NCBI RefSeq assembly: GCF_036321535.1
Contig: NC_087472.1
Span: forward strand, 94,056,001-94,120,000
Source of the DNA: Camelus dromedarius
Lineage: Eukaryota
DNA length: 64,000 nt
Reading direction: 5' to 3'
The notes beneath the pieces are model-generated. The model searched no databases, was not told the DNA's origin, and saw only the letters and a program-made list of their open reading frames with translations. The position numbers and the translations under genes are program-made. Shown in pieces: positions 51,101 through 64,000 of the stretch (positions are counted from its first letter, which is position 1; the number at the start of each line of letters is the position of its first letter).

Positions 51101-54100
51101 TCCCCACCACTTGGGGAGGACGCAGAAGGGCACCGAGCGCCCCAGTAAGTCAGCGTGCTGGGATGTGCGGCGGGGCCGTCACAGCCCGAATCCCTGCCTG
51201 GCCCTGGCTTGCTGAAAGCGACAGCTCGGTTCATGGGAGGGTCTGTCCCCGACGCTCCGGAGTGCCGTCCCGTCGTCAAGCGAGGTGCTCCTCCATCGGG
51301 CCCGGGACCTGCCCGAAAGCGGTCAGAAGGTTTTCGGGGCGATGTTTTCGTCTCCATCCAGAGCTACGGAAAACTTGAGCTGGGACCAGTGCAAAGAAGC
51401 CTGGGAGAGGGTTCTCCACGGCAGCAACGGGCTCCACCCTCATGGCAGCATAAAGGGGTCAGCTTCCCCCCTTGTTGCAAGCCGAGGGCCAGAGGCTTGT
51501 GACTTTTGCCCCCGTGTGCCGAGCTCAGCGGGACGCTCATCGCAGACCCGCTGACTGAGTGAGTGAACTTCCCCCTGTGAGCAAAAGCAGCTCCCCCGGG
51601 CCGTTCCCTAGCGCAGAGGTGTTTGCTGCAAGTTGGGCTCCCCCTACGCAGCGGAGATAGTCCTTCCTCAGAGCTGTCTGTGGTAGGGAGCAGGAGGTCA
51701 CAGAGCCAGAGGCAGCTGAAGGAAGGCCCACCCTTGGCGGTGTCTGCATGCGCAGTGAGCTTCCAGCGAGTGCTGGCAAGAAGGGGCGTTGGCGGCTCTT
51801 GGGGTGTCAGAAAGCCCGGGACCAAGAGGAGAACCTATGGATTCCAAGCAACGCAGTGAGTGTTGTGTGACTTTGACGGGGGGGGGGGGGGTGGTCCTCA
51901 TCCGTTGCCCCTCATCCCGCTTGTGGAAACAGGATGGCTGGGGCCTCCTGGACTCCCAGCAGTTAGGATTCCCTACCTGTGAAGTGGTGCTTGTCTGTGC
52001 ACTTGAGTCCGTGTATTGTGACCTCAATGCTGCTGTTTTGAGTCCCACCCTCTGACGCCCAGGGATGCAGCCTGAGGGGCCCCCATGAGAAGGAGGACAC
52101 CATGAGGAGGAAAGCAGCACGGAGAAATCGGCAAATTGAATCCTGCACATTCCACGGTGTGGCGTCGGGCTGACTTTCAGGAATGCCGGAAGAGCGGGAT
52201 GGTTCCTGAGAATCTCTCGACCAGGCAGGAGGTCTGGGCGGGTGGGTGCGACCCCGCCGCTCTAGAGGGTGCCCAGGTCTTGCTGATGAGGAGGCCGCAG
52301 TTTGGGAACAACCACTCTCCTGCGTCGCTTAAGGTCAGCACGTGCCAGGGACCGATTTGCTCTTCTGATGAGCAGGGAGTAAGTTAGCAAAAGCTGCAGA
52401 ACGTAAAGCAACGGAACAAACCAAACGGTTCGGGTTTCAGTTGACGGAGGTCTGTCGGGTAAGTCTGGGCCCGTTGGCCCTGTCGGTACTGGCAGTTCAA
52501 AGGTGAGGACTGTGTGGCGGACTGCACGGGTGAGTAAGTGCTGTAGACAGCTCAGTCTCCTTTGAGCACGTTGGCGGGCGACGGAGCGTTGGGCAAGGGA
52601 ATAATAGTACTGCCAGCTATTCCGTGTGGGCCGGGACAGGCGCTAAGGGCTTTTGTTTCTCCTGTCCTTTCAGAGTCACCCGTGAGGCAGGTGCGGAAAC
52701 GTTCCCCGTCTCGCGGTAGAGACACCGAGGGTCAGAAATCGCCTTCGTCAGGCGCGGGGGGAGCAGCCGGGCGAGCTGCGGATGGACACGAGACGAACGG
52801 ACCCAGACGTGTGCTGTTGAAGGCGAGGAAGAGGAGGCTTCCCACCGGATGGAGGTGTGTGGGCTGTGTGTTCCGGGCAGGTGAGGCGTCTTCTCCCCGG
52901 TAAAGCTGAGCGCCAACAGGATGCAGCCGCTGCTGCTTTGTGGAGGCTTCAGGTACATCTCCCCACCACTTGGGGAGGACGCAGAAGGGCACCGAGCGCC
53001 CCAGTAAGTCAGCGTGCTGGGATGTGCGGCGGGGCCGTCACAGCCCGAATCCCTGCCTGGCCCTGGCTTGCTGAAAGCGACAGCTCGGTTCATGGGAGGG
53101 TCTGTCCCCGACGCTCCGGAGTGCCGTCCCGTCGTCAAGCGAGGTGCTCCTCCATCGGGCCCGGGACCTGCCCGAAAGCGGTCAGAAGGTTTTCGGGGCG
53201 ATGTTTTCGTCTCCATCCAGAGCTACGGAAAACTTGAGCTGGGACCAGTGCAAAGAAGCCTGGGAGAGGGTTCTCCACGGCAGCAACGGGCTCCACCCTC
53301 ATGGCAGCATAAAGGGGTCAGCTTCCCCCCTTGTTGCAAGCCGAGGGCCAGAGGCTTGTGACTTTTGCCCCCGTGTGCCGAGCTCAGCGGGACGCTCATC
53401 GCAGACCCGCTGACTGAGTGAGTGAACTTCCCCCTGTGAGCAAAAGCAGCTCCCCCGGGCCGTTCCCTAGCGCACAGGTGTTTGCTGCAAGTTGGGCTCC
53501 CCCTACGCAGCGGAGATAGTCCTTCCTCAGAGCTGTCTGTGGTAGGGAGCAGGAGGTCACAGAGCCAGAGGCAGCTGAAGGAAGGCCCACCCTTGGCGGT
53601 GTCTGCATGCGCAGTGAGCTTCCAGCGAGTGCTGGCAAGAAGGGGCGTTGGCGGCTCTTGGGGTGTCAGAAAGCCCGGGACCAAGAGGAGAACCTATGGA
53701 TTCCAAGCAACGCAGTGAGTGTTGTGTGACTTTGACGGGGGGGGGGGGGGTGGTCCTCATCCGTTGCCCCTCATCCCGCTTGTGGAAACAGGATGGCTGG
53801 GGCCTCCTGGACTCCCAGCAGTTAGGATTCCCTACCTGTGAAGTGGTGCTTGTCTGTGCACTTGAGTCCGTGTATTGTGACCTCAATGCTGCTGTTTTGA
53901 GTCCCACCCTCTGATGCCCAGGGATGCAGCCTGAGGGGCCCCCATGAGAAGGAGGACACCATGAGGAGGAAAGCAGCACGGAGAAATCGGCAAATTGAAT
54001 CCTGCACATTCCACGGTGTGGCGTCGGGCTGACTTTCAGGAATGCCGGAAGAGCGGGATGGTTCCTGAGAATCTCTCGACCAGGCAGGAGGTCTGGGCGG

Positions 54101-57100
54101 GTGGGTGCGACCCCGCCGCTCTAGAGGGTGCCCAGGTCTTGCTGATGAGGAGGCCGCAGTTTGGGAACAACCACTCTCCTGCGTCGCTTAAGGTCAGCAC
54201 GTGCCAGGGACCGATTTGCTCTTCTGATGAGCAGGGAGTAAGTTAGCAAAAGCTGCAGAACGTAAAGCAACGGAACAAACCAAACGGTTCGGGTTTCAGT
54301 TGACGGAGGTCTGTCGGGTAAGTCTGGGCCCGTTGGCCCTGTCGGTACTGGCAGTTCAAAGGTGAGGACTGTGTGGCGGACTGCACGGGTGAGTAAGTGC
54401 TGTAGACAGCTCAGTCTCCTTTGAGCACGTTGGCGGGCGACGGAGCGTTGGGCAAGGGAATAATAGTACTGCCAGCTATTCCGTGTGGGCCGGGACAGGC
54501 GCTAAGGGCTTTTGTTTCTCCTGTCCTTTCAGAGTCACCCGTGAGGCAGGTGCGGAAACGTTCCCCGTCTCGCGGTAGAGACACCGAGGGTCAGAAATCG
54601 CCTTCGTCAGGCGCGGGGGGAGCAGCCGGGCGAGCTGCGGATGGACACGAGACGAACGGACCCAGACGTGTGCTGTTGAAGGCGAGGAAGAGGAGGCTTC
54701 CCACCGGATGGAGGTGTGTGGGCTGTGTGTTCCGGGCAGGTGAGGCGTCTTCTCCCCGGTAAAGCTGAGCGCCAACAGGATGCAGCCGCTGCTGCTTTGT
54801 GGAGGCTTCAGGTACATCTCCCCACCACTTGGGGAGGACGCAGAAGGGCACCGAGCGCCCCAGTAAGTCAGCGTGCTGGGATGTGCGGCGGGGCCGTCAC
54901 AGCCCGAATCCCTGCCTGGCCCTGGCTTGCTGAAAGCGACAGCTCGGTTCATGGGAGGGTCTGTCCCCGACGCTCCGGAGTGCCGTCCCGTCGTCAAGCG
55001 AGGTGCTCCTCCATCGGGCCCGGGACCTGCCCGAAAGCGGTCAGAAGGTTTTCGGGGCGATGTTTTCGTCTCCATCCAGAGCTACGGAAAACTTGAGCTG
55101 GGACCAGTGCAAAGAAGCCTGGGAGAGGGTTCTCCACGGCAGCAACGGGCTCCACCCTCATGGCAGCATAAAGGGGTCAGCTTCCCCCCTTGTTGCAAGC
55201 CGAGGGCCAGAGGCTTGTGACTTTTGCCCCCGTGTGCCGAGCTCAGCGGGACGCTCATCGCAGACCCGCTGACTGAGTGAGTGAACTTCCCCCTGTGAGC
55301 AAAAGCAGCTCCCCCGGGCCGTTCCCTAGCGCAGAGGTGTTTGCTGCAAGTTGGGCTCCCCCTACGCAGCGGAGATAGTCCTTCCTCAGAGCTGTCTGTG
55401 GTAGGGAGCAGGAGGTCACAGAGCCAGAGGCAGCTGAAGGAAGGCCCACCCTTGGCGGTGTCTGCATGCGCAGTGAGCTTCCAGCGAGTGCTGGCAAGAA
55501 GGGGCGTTGGCGGCTCTTGGGGTGTCAGAAAGCCCGGGACCAAGAGGAGAACCTATGGATTCCAAGCAACGCAGTGAGTGTTGTGTGACTTTGACGGGGG
55601 GGGGGGGGGTGGTCCTCATCCGTTGCCCCTCATCCCGCTTGTGGAAACAGGATGGCTGGGGCCTCCTGGACTCCCAGCAGTTAGGATTCCCTACCTGTGA
55701 AGTGGTGCTTGTCTGTGCACTTGAGTCCGTGTATTGTGACCTCAATGCTGCTGTTTTGAGTCCCACCCTCTGACGCCCAGGGATGCAGCCTGAGGGGCCC
55801 CCATGAGAAGGAGGACACCATGAGGAGGAAAGCAGCACGGAGAAATCGGCAAATTGAATCCTGCACATTCCACGGTGTGGCGTCGGGCTGACTTTCAGGA
55901 ATGCCGGAAGAGCGGGATGGTTCCTGAGAATCTCTCGACCAGGCAGGAGGTCTGGGCGGGTGGGTGCGACCCCGCCGCTCTAGAGGGTGCCCAGGTCTTG
56001 CTGATGAGGAGGCCGCAGTTTGGGAACAACCACTCTCCTGCGTCGCTTAAGGTCAGCACGTGCCAGGGACCGATTTGCTCTTCTGATGAGCAGGGAGTAA
56101 GTTAGCAAAAGCTGCAGAACGTAAAGCAACGGAACAAACCAAACGGTTCGGGTTTCAGTTGACGGAGGTCTGTCGGGTAAGTCTGGGCCCGTTGGCCCTG
56201 TCGGTACTGGCAGTTCAAAGGTGAGGACTGTGTGGCGGACTGCACGGGTGAGTAAGTGCTGTAGACAGCTCAGTCTCCTTTGAGCACGTTGGCGGGCGAC
56301 GGAGCGTTGGGCAAGGGAATAATAGTACTGCCAGCTATTCCGTGTGGGCCGGGACAGGCGCTAAGGGCTTTTGTTTCTCCTGTCCTTTCAGAGTCACCCG
56401 TGAGGCAGGTGCGGAAACGTTCCCCGTCTCGCGGTAGAGACACCGAGGGTCAGAAATCGCCTTCGTCAGGCGCGGGGGGAGCAGCCGGGCGAGCTGCGGA
56501 TGGACACGAGACGAACGGACCCAGACGTGTGCTGTTGAAGGCGAGGAAGAGGAGGCTTCCCACCGGATGGAGGTGTGTGGGCTGTGTGTTCCGGGCAGGT
56601 GAGGCGTCTTCTCCCCGGTAAAGCTGAGCGCCAACAGGATGCAGCCGCTGCTGCTTTGTGGAGGCTTCAGGTACATCTCCCCACCACTTGGGGAGGACGC
56701 AGAAGGGCACCGAGCGCCCCAGTAAGTCAGCGTGCTGGGATGTGCGGCGGGGCCGTCACAGCCCGAATCCCTGCCTGGCCCTGGCTTGCTGAAAGCGACA
56801 GCTCGGTTCATGGGAGGGTCTGTCCCCGACGCTCCGGAGTGCCGTCCCGTCGTCAAGCGAGGTGCTCCTCCATCGGGCCCGGGACCTGCCCGAAAGCGGT
56901 CAGAAGGTTTTCGGGGCGATGTTTTCGTCTCCATCCAGAGCTACGGAAAACTTGAGCTGGGACCAGTGCAAAGAAGCCTGGGAGAGGGTTCTCCACGGCA
57001 GCAACGGGCTCCACCCTCATGGCAGCATAAAGGGGTCAGCTTCCCCCCTTGTTGCAAGCCGAGGGCCAGAGGCTTGTGACTTTTGCCCCCGTGTGCCGAG

Positions 57101-60100
57101 CTCAGCGGGACGCTCATCGCAGACCCGCTGACTGAGTGAGTGAACTTCCCCCTGTGAGCAAAAGCAGCTCCCCCGGGCCGTTCCCTAGCGCAGAGGTGTT
57201 TGCTGCAAGTTGGGCTCCCCCTACGCAGCGGAGATAGTCCTTCCTCAGAGCTGTCTGTGGTAGGGAGCAGGAGGTCACAGAGCCAGAGGCAGCTGAAGGA
57301 AGGCCCACCCTTGGCGGTGTCTGCATGCGCAGTGAGCTTCCAGCGAGTGCTGGCAAGAAGGGGCGTTGGCGGCTCTTGGGGTGTCAGAAAGCCCGGGACC
57401 AAGAGGAGAACCTATGGATTCCAAGCAACGCAGTGAGTGTTGTGTGACTTTGACGGGGGGGGGGGGGTGGTCCTCATCCGTTGCCCCTCATCCCGCTTGT
57501 GGAAACAGGATGGCTGGGGCCTCCTGGACTCCCAGCAGTTAGGATTCCCTACCTGTGAAGTGGTGCTTGTCTGTGCACTTGAGTCCGTGTATTGTGACCT
57601 CAATGCTGCTGTTTTGAGTCCCACCCTCTGACGCCCAGGGATGCAGCCTGAGGGGCCCCCATGAGAAGGAGGACACCATGAGGAGGAAAGCAGCACGGAG
57701 AAATCGGCAAATTGAATCCTGCACATTCCACGGTGTGGCGTCGGGCTGACTTTCAGGAATGCCGGAAGAGCGGGATGGTTCCTGAGAATCTCTCGACCAG
57801 GCAGGAGGTCTGGGCGGGTGGGTGCGACCCCGCCGCTCTAGAGGGTGCCCAGGTCTTGCTGATGAGGAGGCCGCAGTTTGGGAACAACCACTCTCCTGCG
57901 TCGCTTAAGGTCAGCACGTGCCAGGGACCGATTTGCTCTTCTGATGAGCAGGGAGTAAGTTAGCAAAAGCTGCAGAACGTAAAGCAACGGAACAAACCAA
58001 ACGGTTCGGGTTTCAGTTGACGGAGGTCTGTCGGGTAAGTCTGGGCCCGTTGGCCCTGTCGGTACTGGCAGTTCAAAGGTGAGGACTGTGTGGCGGACTG
58101 CACGGGTGAGTAAGTGCTGTAGACAGCTCAGTCTCCTTTGAGCACGTTGGCGGGCGACGGAGCGTTGGGCAAGGGAATAATAGTACTGCCAGCTATTCCG
58201 TGTGGGCCGGGACAGGCGCTAAGGGCTTTTGTTTCTCCTGTCCTTTCAGAGTCACCCGTGAGGCAGGTGCGGAAACGTTCCCCGTCTCGCGGTAGAGACA
58301 CCGAGGGTCAGAAATCGCCTTCGTCAGGCGCGGGGGGAGCAGCCGGGCGAGCTGCGGATGGACACGAGACGAACGGACCCAGACGTGTGCTGTTGAAGGC
58401 GAGGAAGAGGAGGCTTCCCACCGGATGGAGGTGTGTGGGCTGTGTGTTCCGGGCAGGTGAGGCGTCTTCTCCCCGGTAAAGCTGAGCGCCAACAGGATGC
58501 AGCCGCTGCTGCTTTGTGGAGGCTTCAGGTACATCTCCCCACCACTTGGGGAGGACGCAGAAGGGCACCGAGCGCCCCAGTAAGTCAGCGTGCTGGGATG
58601 TGCGGCGGGGCCGTCACAGCCCGAATCCCTGCCTGGCCCTGGCTTGCTGAAAGCGACAGCTCGGTTCATGGGAGGGTCTGTCCCCGACGCTCCGGAGTGC
58701 CGTCCCGTCGTCAAGCGAGGTGCTCCTCCATCGGGCCCGGGACCTGCCCGAAAGCGGTCAGAAGGTTTTCGGGGCGATGTTTTCGTCTCCATCCAGAGCT
58801 ACGGAAAACTTGAGCTGGGACCAGTGCAAAGAAGCCTGGGAGAGGGTTCTCCACGGCAGCAACGGGCTCCACCCTCATGGCAGCATAAAGGGGTCAGCTT
58901 CCCCCCTTGTTGCAAGCCGAGGGCCAGAGGCTTGTGACTTTTGCCCCCGTGTGCCGAGCTCAGCGGGACGCTCATCGCAGACCCGCTGACTGAGTGAGTG
59001 AACTTCCCCCTGTGAGCAAAAGCAGCTCCCCCGGGCCGTTCCCTAGCGCAGAGGTGTTTGCTGCAAGTTGGGCTCCCCCTACGCAGCGGAGATAGTCCTT
59101 CCTCAGAGCTGTCTGTGGTAGGGAGCAGGAGGTCACAGAGCCAGAGGCAGCTGAAGGAAGGCCCACCCTTGGCGGTGTCTGCATGCGCAGTGAGCTTCCA
59201 GCGAGTGCTGGCAAGAAGGGGCGTTGGCGGCTCTTGGGGTGTCAGAAAGCCCGGGACCAAGAGGAGAACCTATGGATTCCAAGCAACGCAGTGAGTGTTG
59301 TGTGACTTTGACGGGGGGGGGGGGGTGGTCCTCATCCGTTGCCCCTCATCCCGCTTGTGGAAACAGGATGGCTGGGGCCTCCTGGACTCCCAGCAGTTAG
59401 GATTCCCTACCTGTGAAGTGGTGCTTGTCTGTGCACTTGAGTCCGTGTATTGTGACCTCAATGCTGCTGTTTTGAGTCCCACCCTCTGACGCCCAGGGAT
59501 GCAGCCTGAGGGGCCCCCATGAGAAGGAGGACACCATGAGGAGGAAAGCAGCACGGAGAAATCGGCAAATTGAATCCTGCACATTCCACGGTGTGGCGTC
59601 GGGCTGACTTTCAGGAATGCCGGAAGAGCGGGATGGTTCCTGAGAATCTCTCGACCAGGCAGGAGGTCTGGGCGGGTGGGTGCGACCCCGCCGCTCTAGA
59701 GGGTGCCCAGGTCTTGCTGATGAGGAGGCCGCAGTTTGGGAACAACCACTCTCCTGCGTCGCTTAAGGTCAGCACGTGCCAGGGACCGATTTGCTCTTCT
59801 GATGAGCAGGGAGTAAGTTAGCAAAAGCTGCAGAACGTAAAGCAACGGAACAAACCAAACGGTTCGGGTTTCAGTTGACGGAGGTCTGTCGGGTAAGTCT
59901 GGGCCCGTTGGCCCTGTCGGTACTGGCAGTTCAAAGGTGAGGACTGTGTGGCGGACTGCACGGGTGAGTAAGTGCTGTAGACAGCTCAGTCTCCTTTGAG
60001 CACGTTGGCGGGCGACGGAGCGTTGGGCAAGGGAATAATAGTACTGCCAGCTATTCCGTGTGGGCCGGGACAGGCGCTAAGGGCTTTTGTTTCTCCTGTC

Positions 60101-63100
60101 CTTTCAGAGTCACCCGTGAGGCAGGTGCGGAAACGTTCCCCGTCTCGCGGTAGAGACACCGAGGGTCAGAAATCGCCTTCGTCAGGCGCGGGGGGAGCAG
60201 CCGGGCGAGCTGCGGATGGACACGAGACGAACGGACCCAGACGTGTGCTGTTGAAGGCGAGGAAGAGGAGGCTTCCCACCGGATGGAGGTGTGTGGGCTG
60301 TGTGTTCCGGGCAGGTGAGGCGTCTTCTCCCCGGTAAAGCTGAGCGCCAACAGGATGCAGCCGCTGCTGCTTTGTGGAGGCTTCAGGTACATCTCCCCAC
60401 CACTTGGGGAGGACGCAGAAGGGCACCGAGCGCCCCAGTAAGTCAGCGTGCTGGGATGTGCGGCGGGGCCGTCACAGCCCGAATCCCTGCCTGGCCCTGG
60501 CTTGCTGAAAGCGACAGCTCGGTTCATGGGAGGGTCTGTCCCCGACGCTCCGGAGTGCCGTCCCGTCGTCAAGCGAGGTGCTCCTCCATCGGGCCCGGGA
60601 CCTGCCCGAAAGCGGTCAGAAGGTTTTCGGGGCGATGTTTTCGTCTCCATCCAGAGCTACGGAAAACTTGAGCTGGGACCAGTGCAAAGAAGCCTGGGAG
60701 AGGGTTCTCCACGGCAGCAACGGGCTCCACCCTCATGGCAGCATAAAGGGGTCAGCTTCCCCCCTTGTTGCAAGCCGAGGGCCAGAGGCTTGTGACTTTT
60801 GCCCCCGTGTGCCGAGCTCAGCGGGACGCTCATCGCAGACCCGCTGACTGAGTGAGTGAACTTCCCCCTGTGAGCAAAAGCAGCTCCCCCGGGCCGTTCC
60901 CTAGCGCAGAGGTGTTTGCTGCAAGTTGGGCTCCCCCTACGCAGCGGAGATAGTCCTTCCTCAGAGCTGTCTGTGGTAGGGAGCAGGAGGTCACAGAGCC
61001 AGAGGCAGCTGAAGGAAGGCCCACCCTTGGCGGTGTCTGCATGCGCAGTGAGCTTCCAGCGAGTGCTGGCAAGAAGGGGCGTTGGCGGCTCTTGGGGTGT
61101 CAGAAAGCCCGGGACCAAGAGGAGAACCTATGGATTCCAAGCAACGCAGTGAGTGTTGTGTGACTTTGACGGGGGGGGGGGGGTGGTCCTCATCCGTTGC
61201 CCCTCATCCCGCTTGTGGAAACAGGATGGCTGGGGCCTCCTGGACTCCCAGCAGTTAGGATTCCCTACCTGTGAAGTGGTGCTTGTCTGTGCACTTGAGT
61301 CCGTGTATTGTGACCTCAATGCTGCTGTTTTGAGTCCCACCCTCTGACGCCCAGGGATGCAGCCTGAGGGGCCCCCATGAGAAGGAGGACACCATGAGGA
61401 GGAAAGCAGCACGGAGAAATCGGCAAATTGAATCCTGCACATTCCACGGTGTGGCGTCGGGCTGACTTTCAGGAATGCCGGAAGAGCGGGATGGTTCCTG
61501 AGAATCTCTCGACCAGGCAGGAGGTCTGGGCGGGTGGGTGCGACCCCGCCGCTCTAGAGGGTGCCCAGGTCTTGCTGATGAGGAGGCCGCAGTTTGGGAA
61601 CAACCACTCTCCTGCGTCGCTTAAGGTCAGCACGTGCCAGGGACCGATTTGCTCTTCTGATGAGCAGGGAGTAAGTTAGCAAAAGCTGCAGAACGTAAAG
61701 CAACGGAACAAACCAAACGGTTCGGGTTTCAGTTGACGGAGGTCTGTCGGGTAAGTCTGGGCCCGTTGGCCCTGTCGGTACTGGCAGTTCAAAGGTGAGG
61801 ACTGTGTGGCGGACTGCACGGGTGAGTAAGTGCTGTAGACAGCTCAGTCTCCTTTGAGCACGTTGGCGGGCGACGGAGCGTTGGGCAAGGGAATAATAGT
61901 ACTGCCAGCTATTCCGTGTGGGCCGGGACAGGCGCTAAGGGCTTTTGTTTCTCCTGTCCTTTCAGAGTCACCCGTGAGGCAGGTGCGGAAACGTTCCCCG
62001 TCTCGCGGTAGAGACACCGAGGGTCAGAAATCGCCTTCGTCAGGCGCGGGGGGAGCAGCCGGGCGAGCTGCGGATGGACACGAGACGAACGGACCCAGAC
62101 GTGTGCTGTTGAAGGCGAGGAAGAGGAGGCTTCCCACCGGATGGAGGTGTGTGGGCTGTGTGTTCCGGGCAGGTGAGGCGTCTTCTCCCCGGTAAAGCTG
62201 AGCGCCAACAGGATGCAGCCGCTGCTGCTTTGTGGAGGCTTCAGGTACATCTCCCCACCACTTGGGGAGGACGCAGAAGGGCACCGAGCGCCCCAGTAAG
62301 TCAGCGTGCTGGGATGTGCGGCGGGGCCGTCACAGCCCGAATCCCTGCCTGGCCCTGGCTTGCTGAAAGCGACAGCTCGGTTCATGGGAGGGTCTGTCCC
62401 CGACGCTCCGGAGTGCCGTCCCGTCGTCAAGCGAGGTGCTCCTCCATCGGGCCCGGGACCTGCCCGAAAGCGGTCAGAAGGTTTTCGGGGCGATGTTTTC
62501 GTCTCCATCCAGAGCTACGGAAAACTTGAGCTGGGACCAGTGCAAAGAAGCCTGGGAGAGGGTTCTCCACGGCAGCAACGGGCTCCACCCTCATGGCAGC
62601 ATAAAGGGGTCAGCTTCCCCCCTTGTTGCAAGCCGAGGGCCAGAGGCTTGTGACTTTTGCCCCCGTGTGCCGAGCTCAGCGGGACGCTCATCGCAGACCC
62701 GCTGACTGAGTGAGTGAACTTCCCCCTGTGAGCAAAAGCAGCTCCCCCGGGCCGTTCCCTAGCGCACAGGTGTTTGCTGCAAGTTGGGCTCCCCCTACGC
62801 AGCGGAGATAGTCCTTCCTCAGAGCTGTCTGTGGTAGGGAGCAGGAGGTCACAGAGCCAGAGGCAGCTGAAGGAAGGCCCACCCTTGGCGGTGTCTGCAT
62901 GCGCAGTGAGCTTCCAGCGAGTGCTGGCAAGAAGGGGCGTTGGCGGCTCTTGGGGTGTCAGAAAGCCCGGGACCAAGAGGAGAACCTATGGATTCCAAGC
63001 AACGCAGTGAGTGTTGTGTGACTTTGACGGGGGGGGGGGGTGGTCCTCATCCGTTGCCCCTCATCCCGCTTGTGGAAACAGGATGGCTGGGGCCTCCTGG

Positions 63101-64000
63101 ACTCCCAGCAGTTAGGATTCCCTACCTGTGAAGTGGTGCTTGTCTGTGCACTTGAGTCCGTGTATTGTGACCTCAATGCTGCTGTTTTGAGTCCCACCCT
63201 CTGATGCCCAGGGATGCAGCCTGAGGGGCCCCCATGAGAAGGAGGACACCATGAGGAGGAAAGCAGCACGGAGAAATCGGCAAATTGAATCCTGCACATT
63301 CCACGGTGTGGCGTCGGGCTGACTTTCAGGAATGCCGGAAGAGCGGGATGGTTCCTGAGAATCTCTCGACCAGGCAGGAGGTCTGGGCGGGTGGGTGCGA
63401 CCCCGCCGCTCTAGAGGGTGCCCAGGTCTTGCTGATGAGGAGGCCGCAGTTTGGGAACAACCACTCTCCTGCGTCGCTTAAGGTCAGCACGTGCCAGGGA
63501 CCGATTTGCTCTTCTGATGAGCAGGGAGTAAGTTAGCAAAAGCTGCAGAACGTAAAGCAACGGAACAAACCAAACGGTTCGGGTTTCAGTTGACGGAGGT
63601 CTGTCGGGTAAGTCTGGGCCCGTTGGCCCTGTCGGTACTGGCAGTTCAAAGGTGAGGACTGTGTGGCGGACTGCACGGGTGAGTAAGTGCTGTAGACAGC
63701 TCAGTCTCCTTTGAGCACGTTGGCGGGCGACGGAGCGTTGGGCAAGGGAATAATAGTACTGCCAGCTATTCCGTGTGGGCCGGGACAGGCGCTAAGGGCT
63801 TTTGTTTCTCCTGTCCTTTCAGAGTCACCCGTGAGGCAGGTGCGGAAACGTTCCCCGTCTCGCGGTAGAGACACCGAGGGTCAGAAATCGCCTTCGTCAG
63901 GCGCGGGGGGAGCAGCCGGGCGAGCTGCGGATGGACACGAGACGAACGGACCCAGACGTGTGCTGTTGAAGGCGAGGAAGAGGAGGCTTCCCACCGGATG

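Larger units (their letters stand above)
7255..64000 (+). repeat. GC/CpG-rich macrosatellite, unit 1854-1860 bp, 30 complete copies plus a partial one, continuing past the window end
   Basis: The same landmark recurs 31 times (7564, 9418, 11272, … 61428, 63285) at 1854-1860 bp spacing; length differences map to one poly-G tract. Confidence 0.99.

Noticed and set aside
7228..63536. About 13 overlapping ORFs (61-199 aa) repeated in every unit
   Set aside because: They overlap on both strands in several frames, are G/P/R/A/S-rich as expected for GC-rich DNA, show no recognisable domain, run through MIR/MER5 relics, are not open in the flank paralogs, and some are frameshifted by the poly-G

Overview
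Mammalian genomic DNA, most likely camelid (a tRNA-Ala-like Vic-1-type SINE with target-site duplication at 5118-5203). No credible protein-coding gene. Bases 1-7254 are AT-rich, CpG-poor DNA made of old transposon relics (MER21-like and LTR16-like LTRs, MER5 hAT elements, MIR, probable L1), arranged as two very diverged copies of an ancient ~4.85-5.05 kb tandem unit. From 7255 to the window end there is a head-to-tail macrosatellite: 30 complete units plus a partial 31st, 1854-1860 bp each, roughly 60% GC by eye, CpG-rich and almost perfectly homogeneous (one variable poly-G tract and a few SNVs). The unit is a collinear, strongly GC-shifted paralog of flank bases ~1380-3120 (three MER5 relics, a MIR and about 850 bp of unique sequence), which points to GC-biased gene conversion during concerted evolution. 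Each unit carries a candidate ~207-nt plus-strand exon whose splice sites line up with those in both old paralogs, a 7:0 strand bias of GTRAGT donor motifs, no AATAAA and several hairpins. This suggests, but does not prove, a repeated-exon non-coding transcript. The ORFs repeated in every unit are judged spurious. Repeat-family names come from recalled consensus sequences, not from a database search.
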